Shown in pieces: positions 17,149 to 26,699 of a DNA stretch of 45,605 nt. Source of the DNA: an uncultured Chlamydiae bacterium (GTDB lineage Bacteria > Chlamydiota > Chlamydiia > Chlamydiales > Parachlamydiaceae); assembly GCA_963830365.1 (NCBI GenBank), contig CAWHMU010000015.1, positions 1-45,605 of the forward strand, read 5' to 3'. The notes beneath the pieces were generated by a model. The model was not told the DNA's origin and made no database searches. It was given only the letters and a program-made list of their open reading frames with translations. A program made the position numbers and the translations under genes. Position 1 is the first letter of the stretch; every line of letters starts with the position of its first letter.

Positions 17149-17628
17149 AGAAAAAGTAACAAGATTTTAGGATAGTCAGGATAAAGAAAAACTTCTATTG
17201 GTTCATCCTGACCATCCTAAAATGGTTCATCACGCAAATGAGTACCTAATTAACAAAACCCAAGAGCAATCTCCATTTTCCTTCTCTGTGCCTCTGTGTC
17301 TCGGTGGTGAAGCTTTTTGTAACACTCTGATTAATAATGCTATGCCACCAGCAAGCAGATTTCACCACAGAGGCACAGAGTCACAGAGAAGGTCGGGAAA
17401 ACCTCATAGGTACGCATTTGTTTGATGAACCAGTTTTGATTTGTATATTCTCGATTTGATTGGTATGGTGCAACAGTAAAGCAGGCATGTTAAATTCATT
17501 TTTATTTCAAGAGACCTAACAGATATCTGCTTCTCTTTTTTCAACCATTTCAAACTAAGCCATTTCCCCCATTCTCTAGGACAGGTACTCATTTGCGTGA
17601 TGAGCCCCTAAAATCTTGTTATTTTCTA
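17149..17628. repeat. GGAT-type palindromic repeat interrupted by a MITE
   Basis: agaaaaagtaacaagattttaggatagtcaggat pairs with atcctgaccatcctaaaat[insert]cttgttatttttct. Confidence 0.7.
17224..17606. mobile_element. 383-bp MITE with 24-bp terminal inverted repeats and 8-bp target-site duplication (IS1/IS1595-like)
   Basis: GGTTCATCACGCAAATGAGTACCT ... AGGTACTCATTTGCGTGATGAGCC, flanked by CCTAAAAT at 17216-17223 and 17607-17614. A third end copy lies at 17408-17431. Confidence 0.85.
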
Positions 17629-17824
17629 CTTTTTTTTCTTTGAATATCGTTGACGACTTGTCAAATATTGTTTATGAAATCGACCTATTATTCTTCGTGC
17701 CTCGGTGGTGAATGATTTTTAAGGCGCTGCCAGAATGGTCGTCTTGTTTAATAAAAAATATTTGCTATCACGTGTGTCGATCAGGTAGTGTAAGTGTAAA
17801 AAATAAATCCACAGGACCAAGAGC

Positions 17825-18586
17825 ATGGAGCATTTACAAGTCGAGCGGCATGGCACGGTCGCCGTGCTTACGGTCAATCGTCCGGAAGTTTTGAATGCCT
17901 TGAATGAAGCTGTCATGCGCGAGCTGCTGCATTTTTTGCAGGAATCCGCGGATAAAGCTGCTTGCCGCGCCTTGATTCTGATAGGGGCGGGCAGCAAGGC
18001 CTTCATTGCCGGGGCGGACATAAAGCAGATGTCTGGCATGAATCATCAGCAGATGCTGCGTTTCTGTGAGCTCGGCCAGCGAGTGACGATGGCTCTTGAA
18101 CAGGCTCCCTTTCTCACGATAGCGGCGGTGAATGGCTATGCCTTGGGCGGCGGTTTGGAGATGGCTTTAGCCTGCGACTTCATTTATGCTTCGCAAAGTG
18201 CCAAAATGGGACTGCCGGAAGTTACGCTTGGCATCATCCCAGGCTTTGGCGGCACGCAGCGCCTGGCGCGGGCTATCGGCACGAGACAGGCCAAGGAAGT
18301 TATCATGAATGGGAAGATGCTGTCGGCCGAGCAGGCGCACAACTTAGGTCTTGTCAATCGCGTGTGCAGCGATGCCGCGTTGCTTGAAGACTGTCTGGAG
18401 ACGGCGCAGGGGATGGTAAAATATTCGGCGCTGGCTATTGCACAAATCAAAAGGGCTGTTGATGGCGGCTATGCGATGAGCCTTGCCGACGGAATGGAGC
18501 TTGAGCGCAACATGTGTGCGGTGTGTTTTGCAACGCCTGAGCGCGAACAGGGCATGGCGGCATTTCTTAAGAAAGTCAATAAGTGA
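17825..18586 (+). CDS. crt: Enoyl-CoA hydratase (crotonase)
   Basis: AFIAGADIK, NGYALGGGLEMALACD and PEVTLGIIPGFGGTQRL motifs. Confidence 0.93.
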   Translation: MEHLQVERHGTVAVLTVNRPEVLNALNEAVMRELLHFLQESADKAACRALILIGAGSKAFIAGADIKQMSGMNHQQMLRFCELGQRVTMALEQAPFLTIAAVNGYALGGGLEMALACDFIYASQSAKMGLPEVTLGIIPGFGGTQRLARAIGTRQAKEVIMNGKMLSAEQAHNLGLVNRVCSDAALLEDCLETAQGMVKYSALAIAQIKRAVDGGYAMSLADGMELERNMCAVCFATPEREQGMAAFLKKVNK

Positions 18587-18596
18587 GGTCTTTGCG

Positions 18597-19943
18597 ATGA
18601 CTATTGATAAAAACTGGCAGCATGTCGTTGTTTTGGGAGCGGCAGGTAAAATGGGCAGCGGCATTTCCTTGTTGCTTTTGCAGGAGATGGCCGACATGCC
18701 TGGCACGCATCTCACTTTGCTGGATGCCAATATTGATGGGTTTGATGCGTTAAGGAAATATCTGCGGGATCATCTGCGGAAATATGCCGAGCGCAATATG
18801 AACCAGCTGCGGGCACAGTATGCCGAGCGAATGGATCTGATCGACAATGGAGCCATCATCGATGAATATGTCGAGCAGGCCATGGATCGCGTGCGCTGCG
18901 TGCGGTCGATTGAAGAATGTGCCGGCGCAAAACTTGTCTTTGAGGCCATCGTCGAAGATGTCGATGCCAAGGCGGAGCTATTTAAAAAAATCGATGTCTG
19001 CACCGGCCATGCCGCCTGGTATTTCACCAACACCTCCTCGATTCCGCTGGCGCTGTTACAGGAAAAAAGCCACCTTGAAGGACGGTTGATCGGCTTCCAC
19101 TTTTACAATCCGCCGGCCGTGCAGAAGCTGCTTGAGCTAGTGGTGCCTGAAACTATCGATCCAGAGTTACATGCCTGCGCCATATACTTGGCCAAACGGT
19201 TGAAGAAAACTGTCGTATCTTCAAAAGATATCGCCGGCTTCATCGGCAACGGCCATTTCATGCGCGAGATCATCGGCGCCTGTCAGAAGGTGCGCGAACT
19301 TTCCCATACCATGCCCGAAGTTGAGGCGTTGGAGGTCGTCAACCGCGTGACGCAGGATTTTTTGTTGCGGCCGATGGGGATCTTTCAGCTGGTCGATTAC
19401 GTCGGCATCGACGTCTGCCAGCGCATCGGGAAGATCATGACGTTGCATTTGCCGCATATGCATGCCAAGGCCTCCTTCATCGATCCACTGATCGATGGCA
19501 TGGTGGCGGCTGGAGTGCTGGGAGGGCAGTATCCCGATGGCTCGCAAAAGCCGGGTTTCTTCCGCTATGCGAAAGGACAGCCGGTGGAAATTTATGATCT
19601 CAGTAGGCAGGCTTATGTGCCATGCATGGATAAGAAGCTTGCCGATAGTAAGCTTGGGGTGATGCCTGCCGGCTATGCGCCCTGGAAAGTTTTTGGCAAA
19701 GACCCCAAGCGGCAAGAGAAAGTTGCCGTCTATCTCGATAGTCTCCGGCAGGAAAAGACCTTAGGGGCTGAACTTGCGATGACCTTTTTGCAACAGTCGC
19801 AGGGGATTGCACATGCCCTTGTGGCAGATGGCATCGCAGCTTCAATATCAGATGTCGATACGGTCTTGCAACAAGGATTTTTCCATCTCTATGGCGTCGA
19901 TGCGCCTTTCGTGTCATTTAATCCATTCTCGTATATCTCATAA
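18597..19943 (+). CDS. 3-hydroxyacyl-CoA dehydrogenase family protein
   Basis: GAAGKMGSGI, EAIVED, TNTSSIP, GFHFYNPP and GFIGN motifs. Start moved to ATG 18597 after a GAGG RBS. Confidence 0.9.
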   Translation: MTIDKNWQHVVVLGAAGKMGSGISLLLLQEMADMPGTHLTLLDANIDGFDALRKYLRDHLRKYAERNMNQLRAQYAERMDLIDNGAIIDEYVEQAMDRVRCVRSIEECAGAKLVFEAIVEDVDAKAELFKKIDVCTGHAAWYFTNTSSIPLALLQEKSHLEGRLIGFHFYNPPAVQKLLELVVPETIDPELHACAIYLAKRLKKTVVSSKDIAGFIGNGHFMREIIGACQKVRELSHTMPEVEALEVVNRVTQDFLLRPMGIFQLVDYVGIDVCQRIGKIMTLHLPHMHAKASFIDPLIDGMVAAGVLGGQYPDGSQKPGFFRYAKGQPVEIYDLSRQAYVPCMDKKLADSKLGVMPAGYAPWKVFGKDPKRQEKVAVYLDSLRQEKTLGAELAMTFLQQSQGIAHALVADGIAASISDVDTVLQQGFFHLYGVDAPFVSFNPFSYIS

Positions 19944-19962
19944 ACCCAGCCGGAGAAACGGT

Positions 19963-21198
19963 ATGAAAAAATTGCGCAAAAAAGTCTATGCCGCGGCCGG
20001 CTACAATACGGTATTTATGGGGTCGGGACGGAAAGAATTCGATCCGGCCAAGCCGATGCGGCCATTTGAAGAGTATCTGCAAGAAACTGCCAAGGGCACA
20101 AGCGCGCAGCTGCCCAACATCTCTGCCGATGAAGGCATCATCGGCAGCTTTATGTCGGCGCGTTTCCTTAAGCAGGCAAACCTGCCGGGCTTTTTACCTT
20201 TTATGCTGCCTGAGTTGACGGGAAAACCCTGCACGGCTGTTGAAGGGGCTTGCGGGACGGGCGGTCGGGCGGTCGGCATGGCCGTGCGCAGCGTGCTTTC
20301 AGAGCTTTCAGACAGCGTCTTTGTGGCCGGCTTCGAGGTGCAAAATACCATGAAAGCCGTCTATGGTGCCGACGTGCTGGCAGGCGCGGCCTATTATGCC
20401 AAAGAGCGCAAAGGCGGCGACGCCTTCTTCTTTCCAGGCATCTTTGCCGCTCGCGCCGGAGCCTATTCTAAGGCTCATGGAGAAAAAATCGTCCGAGAGG
20501 CCATGGCCAAATGGTATGAGCAGTCGATTCTCAATGCGCGCAAAAATCCGAAAGCCCAGGAATACCAAAATACTACCCAAGACTTATTTTCTCTGGGAAT
20601 GACGCCACCCGATGCCAAGCGTTTTGTACCCTATTTAAATCTCTATGACTGTTCGAAAGTCAGCGATGGGGCTTCATCGCTTATCATCGCTTCTGAAGAG
20701 GGATTAAAAGCCTGCGGCATTTCCAAGGAAAATGCCGTCGAAATTATCGGCATGGGGGAAGCCGAGGCCGATATCACCCTGGCGCCGACAGATCCAACCG
20801 TGCTGGCCAATACCGCCAAGGCCGTGGCTAAAGCCTTAGCCCAGGCGGGATTATCCAAGGACGATATCTCGCTATTGGAGCTGCATGACTGCTTCACCAT
20901 CACGGCGCTGCTGGCGCTTGAGGCCATTGGCTATGCGGGTCAGGGAAAGGCTGCTAATTACATTTTGGAAGGGCATACCGGACCTGAAGGGGTGATTCCT
21001 ACCAATCTATCCGGCGGCCTGGGGGGCTTCGGTCATCCTACCGGCGCCAGCGGTGTGCGCCAGCTGGTCGATCTGCTTCACCAATATACCGGCAAGGCGG
21101 ACAATCAGGCGCGGCCAAGAACTCCCTTTGGTATGATGATTAGCATGGGTGGCAATGACAAGACGGTCACCTGCCTCATCGTCAAAAAAGCAGACTAG
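19963..21198 (+). CDS. Thiolase, SCP2-type
   Basis: VEGACGTGG (catalytic Cys), ELHDCFT and GHPTGASG motifs. Start moved to ATG 19963 after GGAG. Confidence 0.9.
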   Translation: MKKLRKKVYAAAGYNTVFMGSGRKEFDPAKPMRPFEEYLQETAKGTSAQLPNISADEGIIGSFMSARFLKQANLPGFLPFMLPELTGKPCTAVEGACGTGGRAVGMAVRSVLSELSDSVFVAGFEVQNTMKAVYGADVLAGAAYYAKERKGGDAFFFPGIFAARAGAYSKAHGEKIVREAMAKWYEQSILNARKNPKAQEYQNTTQDLFSLGMTPPDAKRFVPYLNLYDCSKVSDGASSLIIASEEGLKACGISKENAVEIIGMGEAEADITLAPTDPTVLANTAKAVAKALAQAGLSKDDISLLELHDCFTITALLALEAIGYAGQGKAANYILEGHTGPEGVIPTNLSGGLGGFGHPTGASGVRQLVDLLHQYTGKADNQARPRTPFGMMISMGGNDKTVTCLIVKKAD

Positions 21199-21212
21199 CT
21201 AAAATTAACCAC

Positions 21213-21529
21213 AGACGCGGCGACGCAGAGTTAACAAGCAGCAAATTAGTGTGTCATTTAGGAGAAAGCGAACACTAAAATTAAAGGAAAAGATAAGATA
21301 ACTGCCGACGGTAACAGAGGAGTGGTCTACCTCCAACCACAATGAAAAAGTCATAGCTCTATAGCATGCGTCGCTGTGAGGCATGCCCTAGGATTGCTTA
21401 GGAAATCCTAGGGCTAGATAAGGATCCTGCCGAGGCTTCTGTCCGGCGGGTTATTTGCTGTTTGCTTTCATTACTTTCTCCTACATGACACACTAATTTG
21501 CTGCTTGTTAACTCTGCGTCGCCGCGTCT
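21213..21529. repeat. Long (about 57 bp) inverted repeat element between convergent genes
   Basis: agacgcggcgacgcagagttaacaagcagcaaattagtgtgtcat-t-taggagaaag with its near-perfect reverse complement at about 21474-21529; internal hairpin gccctaggatt..aatcctagggc. Confidence 0.85.
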
Positions 21530-21602
21530 CTGCGACTCTGCGTTGAATTTCACTCACAGACTATTAAGCGAGCATAATGAGACCAGTTTTATTGTTACCG
21601 GG

Positions 21603-24578
21603 TTAGATGTTTTCCAGGGGCAGGGGGGCTTTGCCTTGGGCGATGAGTTTGACGTTTTCTTTTTCCAGCAGTTCTTTGCCGGCAAATACCACGTTGGCGC
21701 CAGTATCAAGCTGCGGTAGAACATGCTTTTCTACAGCCTTGATGATGTCTTGATGTGACAGCCCCAATAGCCGGTTGCGGAAGGCTTGCCGGATCTCCGT
21801 CGTTTTTCCTTCGCGCATCCATCCGTAGGCGATGTCGCCGCGGCTGCCTGGGGCTACGGGAGAGTCCAGGGCTTGTATCATTTCGAGTTTGGCTTCTTCG
21901 AGGTCGGTATCGTCAAAATTTCCCTTTAGCAGCGTTTTGACCGATTGGTCGAAGGCTTTTAAGGTGGAAGCTATATTCGGATCGCGATAGGAGTAGAAAT
22001 AGAAGTTGGCAGACATGGCATTGCTTACGGCGCCGCCGCCATAGGCCCCACCCTTCTCTCTCAGGCTGGTATGCAGCGAAAGGTTGTCCATAAGAAAGGC
22101 GGCGATATTAAGCGCCGGCGCGTCCGGATGGGTATAACAGACCGTCTGCAGCACTTTACCTGTATATGCTACCGGCGAGGCTATGATGCGACCTTGCGAA
22201 TATGGAGGGGTCAAGGCATAATCGCCCTGCCATTTGCTGCCCGGTTTGGTTTCGATATTTTGCAAGCCATAGAAGTGGTTGCCCTTGATCTCGTCGTAAG
22301 CGGCAGCGTCGGCGGTGATGATGACATGCGGCGTGTTGATGCATAGCAGGGTATTTTTAAGCATTTTTAACTTTTCTACCAGCCATGCTGATTGCTTATC
22401 GAAGTTTTGGGCAAGGTCTTTAATCTTCCAATAGTATTCCAGTCCATACCACTGGCTGGCGATTTTAGAAGGCACATCAAAGCTGTTGGCGGACAGGTTG
22501 ATGGCGTATTTCAAAGCATTCTGCGTGAGCTGGCTTTGCAGGGCGGTGTATTGCTTTTGAACGATCTCTTTAAGGCGGGCTATGTCGGTGAAATCGACGC
22601 CGGTAGCCAGATCCTGGATCAGAGAGAACAGGTTGGCCGTTTTGCGATGCAGCGCTTTACCGCGGATATAAATCGAGGGGGCAAATTGATGGTGGTTGGT
22701 GGCTTGCAGGCTCATCGTCAGCGAGGCACTGATGCCGCCGGTATGTGCCTGGATGTATTCCAGGTTTTTTGCATAATCGCGTCCCTTGCATCCCATCTGT
22801 GTGAGCAGGGAAGCGAATAAGCGCACGTAAGTCAGATCTTCTTCGGCAATGCGGGGTAAATCAAAAACCAGGTCGGCATAGACGATATCATTGGTGAAGC
22901 AGTTATGATGGAAGACTTCCAAATTTCCGATCAATTCCTTTTCAAGGTCATAAACGCGGGCGGCATGAGGCACATCATTTAGCGTCACTTTAGGCAGGAT
23001 ATCACAATTCTGTTCTTCCTGCTTGTTCTGTAGATCAGCCAGTTCCGCCGCCTGGCGGACGATTTTACTGCGCTCGTCGGCGGTCAGCTTTGCTTGGATG
23101 GCGGCAAGGGTGGCTTTTTCTTGGGACAGTTCCTGTCCTGCCAGCTCTTTATCAGGGACTAATGTGACGCTTACAAAATGAGGATTGTCCAACAAATACT
23201 TTTGGAGCAGATCTGTTAGGTATTTCGGGTTTTCCAAGTTTTTGCGGCGCACTTCATCAAATAGGGAATGGATTTTTAGTCCGCTTTCCGGATCGCCGCC
23301 ATGTTGTTTTAGCAAAGCCGAACGCATGAATAATGACAGGCCGAAAGGGGCATGGTCGCCGGTGATTTCGCTGCGATAGAACTCCAGTTGATGGATGGCA
23401 TTTTCAAACAATTCCAGCGGGATGCCGTGCTGGATGATGTCTGCCAGCTTTGTTCTGATGATCTTTTCAAGTTCGGCGCCGCTATCGGGATTGCAGCCTT
23501 TGAAGGAAATGATGAATGGCACTTCTGAGATCTCATCGTCCATATAGCTAGAAACCTGTTTACAAAGTCCCGATTTCAGCAATGCCATCTTCAAAGGCGA
23601 GGCGTCGGTGTCCATTAAAATGATCTGCAGGATATTTAAGGCCAAAATCTCCTGCTGTTCCAGGATGTGGCAGGTGAGCCAGCCGAAAGCAAGCTGCGTT
23701 TTGTCTTCGCTGTCCTCGTCGGCAGAGATGGGATAGCCCTTCACTAGCCGGCGCGGTTCTTTGAAGCGGGGTTGCAGCGGCAATGGCGGCAGGGGGGCGG
23801 CAGGTTCCACTTCATCCAATATATTGTCGGCGATGAAATCCAGATGCTGCTCCAAGGGCAGATTGCCGTAAAAAAAGAACAGGCAGCGGCTGGGGTGGTA
23901 ATAGGTTGTATGGAAATCGCATAGTTCTTGATAGGAGAGTTTGGGGATGTCCTGGGGATCGCCGCCCGAATTTATGCCATAAGTGAGGTTTGGAAAGAGG
24001 GCTTGGCTCAAGGCTTCATTTAAGCGTGAACTGGGAGATGTCAGGGCGCCTTTCATTTCATTAAACACCACGCCCTTGTATTCCAAAGGGGAATTGGGAT
24101 CTGCCGGATGTGAAAATTCCAGCCTATGTCCTTCCTGCAGAAAACTTAGCTCGTTGATGAAAGGATGGAATACAGCGTCGAGGTAAACGTCCAATAGGTT
24201 GTAGAAGTCTTTAGGTACCTGGGATGCGGCCGGATAACAGGTGAAATCAGCGCCTGTCAGGGCATTCATAAAGGTATTTAAACTGCGCCGTTGCATGGCA
24301 AAGAAAGGGTCTTTGACAGGGAATTTTTTCGAGCCGCACAGTACGGTGTGTTCCAAGATATGGGCTACGCCATTTGAAGTTTTGGGAATCGTCTGGAAGG
24401 AGAGGCAAAAGGTGTTTTCCGGGTCGTCATTGGCGATATGCATGACGTGGGCGCCGCTTGGGAAGTGGATTAATTCGATGAGCTGGCACTGCAGTTCTGG
24501 AATCTCGGTGACTCTAGTGACTTTGAAGTGGTGGTACACCTGTCCAGCAGTGTGGAAATGGGGGGATTTTGAGGTCAT
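21603..24578 (-). CDS. M16C metallopeptidase (presequence protease/insulinase family)
   Basis: Inverted zinc motif HILEH in GVAHILEHTVLCGS; KGVVFNEMKG; LREKGGAYGG; YSYRDP. Confidence 0.95.
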   Translation of the reverse strand: MTSKSPHFHTAGQVYHHFKVTRVTEIPELQCQLIELIHFPSGAHVMHIANDDPENTFCLSFQTIPKTSNGVAHILEHTVLCGSKKFPVKDPFFAMQRRSLNTFMNALTGADFTCYPAASQVPKDFYNLLDVYLDAVFHPFINELSFLQEGHRLEFSHPADPNSPLEYKGVVFNEMKGALTSPSSRLNEALSQALFPNLTYGINSGGDPQDIPKLSYQELCDFHTTYYHPSRCLFFFYGNLPLEQHLDFIADNILDEVEPAAPLPPLPLQPRFKEPRRLVKGYPISADEDSEDKTQLAFGWLTCHILEQQEILALNILQIILMDTDASPLKMALLKSGLCKQVSSYMDDEISEVPFIISFKGCNPDSGAELEKIIRTKLADIIQHGIPLELFENAIHQLEFYRSEITGDHAPFGLSLFMRSALLKQHGGDPESGLKIHSLFDEVRRKNLENPKYLTDLLQKYLLDNPHFVSVTLVPDKELAGQELSQEKATLAAIQAKLTADERSKIVRQAAELADLQNKQEEQNCDILPKVTLNDVPHAARVYDLEKELIGNLEVFHHNCFTNDIVYADLVFDLPRIAEEDLTYVRLFASLLTQMGCKGRDYAKNLEYIQAHTGGISASLTMSLQATNHHQFAPSIYIRGKALHRKTANLFSLIQDLATGVDFTDIARLKEIVQKQYTALQSQLTQNALKYAINLSANSFDVPSKIASQWYGLEYYWKIKDLAQNFDKQSAWLVEKLKMLKNTLLCINTPHVIITADAAAYDEIKGNHFYGLQNIETKPGSKWQGDYALTPPYSQGRIIASPVAYTGKVLQTVCYTHPDAPALNIAAFLMDNLSLHTSLREKGGAYGGGAVSNAMSANFYFYSYRDPNIASTLKAFDQSVKTLLKGNFDDTDLEEAKLEMIQALDSPVAPGSRGDIAYGWMREGKTTEIRQAFRNRLLGLSHQDIIKAVEKHVLPQLDTGANVVFAGKELLEKENVKLIAQGKAPLPLENI

Positions 24579-25060
24579 CAGTTCGCCTTTTGCAATTCAT
24601 GTAAAGTTCATCGTAATGCAACGCGGCATTTTTGCCAATTTATCGTAGAGACGGTTTGTATTTCTTTGTAAATAGTTGGTGCGTGTTTGCGTATGCTGGT
24701 GGGGTGAACGGACGGCAGGGATACAGGATAGACGACATGTTGAGGGACAGGTGTTGAAGAGATAGCGAAATAGCCTAGAGCTGAGTCCGTAGCTGTAAGG
24801 GGATTTATCGCAAACGATCTGTAAAATATATAATAAAGATATGAATTGACATGTAATGGTGCTTCCTTTTAAAGCATGTAGTGAATAAATGAAGGACAGG
24901 TCGATCGTGCATAGAACGAGAGCGGGTTCTTAAAAAAGGTAATGCCATTAAGTGCAGTAATTTGTGAAAATGTTTTTAGTTGCTTTAAAAGGTGATGTTA
25001 GTTACTGTATCTTTTAAAATATAAATGTATTTTCATTAACATTAGTTTAGGAGGTTTTTT

Positions 25061-25267
25061 ATGACTATAGGCTTTGCAACTCCCGCTCATATACCCACCC
25101 CACCTGTTTGTCCAGGAGCACCTGTAAAAGGTCCGCAAACCAGAAGTCCAACACATAAAACAGCGACCGGTTACATACAAGGAAATGACCCTGTAAGGCG
25201 TGCGCTTTTTGGTTCTGATGATAAGGCTACTCGCGCTGCGGTCAGTACTCTCTTAAAGAATGGCTAA
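25061..25267 (+). CDS. Small Pro-rich hypothetical protein (68 aa)
   Basis: RBS AGGAGG-ttttt-ATG and a downstream palindrome. Confidence 0.7.
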   Translation: MTIGFATPAHIPTPPVCPGAPVKGPQTRSPTHKTATGYIQGNDPVRRALFGSDDKATRAAVSTLLKNG

Positions 25268-25303
25268 ATGCCACTCGATACAGGTATTAGGCAATATAAT
25301 ATA

Positions 25304-25329
25304 AATCCCTACGGCATGCCGTAGGGATT
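25304..25329. terminator. Perfect 26-bp palindrome, probable terminator
   Basis: AATCCCTACGGCA|TGCCGTAGGGATT, 36 nt after the stop at 25267. Confidence 0.65.
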
Positions 25330-25847
25330 ATTTCTCGCCCATTAGATCCTGTTATAAGCCTTTAAGGTATGTTAAGATCGGAAAAAACATAAAATAATGG
25401 CTTTGTTTACTGTTTCAGTCCATTTCGTCCCCGAGAGCATTTATGCCCTTTTCATTTGCTGCCTGCGCTAAAAAGCTGTTGAAATTCACGTAATCCAATG
25501 ACCGTTAGATAGATGCGATCGTGTTTTTAGCCTTTTTTGCCGGTTATGTTAATTCTGTTTGCGTGGTCAGTTTAGATTGGTAGCAAGTCATGTCTGTGTA
25601 TTTTAACTGCGATGACAATGAAGCTGGATTCTACTAGACTGTTATGCTCCTTGCTGTATGCGTAAGGCCAAATATCCAATCTTTGATGTATTTGCGAAAG
25701 TTGTAACTTTAAAATTTGTTATGTCTGTATCTTTGCATTTTTACAAAAGGTAATGTTGCTTTAAATTCGTGTTTTCTCTATTGTCTCGGCCGAAATAGAT
25801 GAATTTATTTATTTCAAGCTCATTCATTCATTACAAGAGAGGTTTTT

Positions 25848-26171
25848 ATGACAGCACCTGCTGCTTTTCCAATTAACGGACCGTTATATTATAATCCACC
25901 GCAAGGACCAACTAAGGCGCCAAGAGGGAATTCTTTGACTGAGAAAGGGAATTGTTATGTTGTTCGTAATCTCCAAAGTGATTTTGACCGTTGCAGATTT
26001 ACTGAGTCTAAGATAGCTAATTTAAGTGGCCAGGAAATAAGCGCACTAGCCCGTAATCTCTGCAGAGATAATAACTTTCTAAAAACCACTGAGTCCAGGA
26101 CGGATCATTTAACTCAACAGCAAGTAAGCGAATTAGCCCGTAAGCTTTTCGCAGTTACAATGGTCAAGTAA
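25848..26171 (+). CDS. Small hypothetical protein (107 aa) with an internal 29-aa-period repeat
   Basis: RBS GAGAGG-tttt-ATG; TESKIANLSGQEISALARNLC repeats as TESRTDHLTQQQVSELARKLF. Confidence 0.75.
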   Translation: MTAPAAFPINGPLYYNPPQGPTKAPRGNSLTEKGNCYVVRNLQSDFDRCRFTESKIANLSGQEISALARNLCRDNNFLKTTESRTDHLTQQQVSELARKLFAVTMVK

Positions 26172-26336
26172 ATGGTGAAGCACATCTATAGTGTAATTAG
26201 TCGATAAATGATTCCGAGGATGCGGATAGAATTTATTATTCATAGCCTCAGATTTATTTGCATATTAGCTGATTAGTTTGTTTGTGTTGCGTGTTTGTTA
26301 TTAATTTTAGAAGTTTTATATAAAGTAAGGTTTTTT

Positions 26337-26555
26337 ATGCTACTGCCAGCGGCTAATCATTCTCCTGTTTCATCACCCTTTTCTTCGCTTTCGCTACACA
26401 TTCACCTTCCTGACATCTCGACTATCTGTCCGTTGCAATCTAATGCAGCTGTAAAGGGGTATTTAACTGGAAGTTGCCGAGCCAATCTTTTTGATAAACC
26501 AATTGATAAAAGAGTCAGCGTGGTAGCTGTGGAAAGCTTACTAGTAAGTAAATGA
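26337..26555 (+). CDS. Small hypothetical protein (72 aa)
   Basis: TAAGG-tttttt-ATG, the same leader style as the two upstream ORFs; followed by a terminator. Confidence 0.65.
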   Translation: MLLPAANHSPVSSPFSSLSLHIHLPDISTICPLQSNAAVKGYLTGSCRANLFDKPIDKRVSVVAVESLLVSK

Positions 26556-26588
26556 ATAAATAATATCAATGCCATAGCGTTAGCCTAG

Positions 26589-26619
26589 ACCCGCATAGTC
26601 CCCTATGCGGGTTTTTTTT
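26589..26619 (+). terminator. Rho-independent terminator
   Basis: ACCCGCATAG-tccc-CTATGCGGGT followed by a T-tract. Confidence 0.85.
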
Positions 26620-26699
26620 ATATTTATAAAAATAGCATCCATAAAAAATCAACTTTTGGCGTATACCAGCATCTTGAAATATTAAAGAGGCAAAATCAT

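Noticed and set aside
17198..17592. Short ORFs inside the MITE as possible transposase remnants
   Set aside because: No DDE or zinc-finger motif is recognisable; they are largely repeat-derived.
18483..19962. ORF-track starts at 18483 and 19807 (also 35584, 37780, 44583)
   Set aside because: They overlap upstream genes; downstream ATGs fit the RBS or domain starts better.
25761..25796. Possible sigma-28 promoter (TAAA...GCCGAAAT)
   Set aside because: Spacing of about 23 nt is far from the expected 15 or so.
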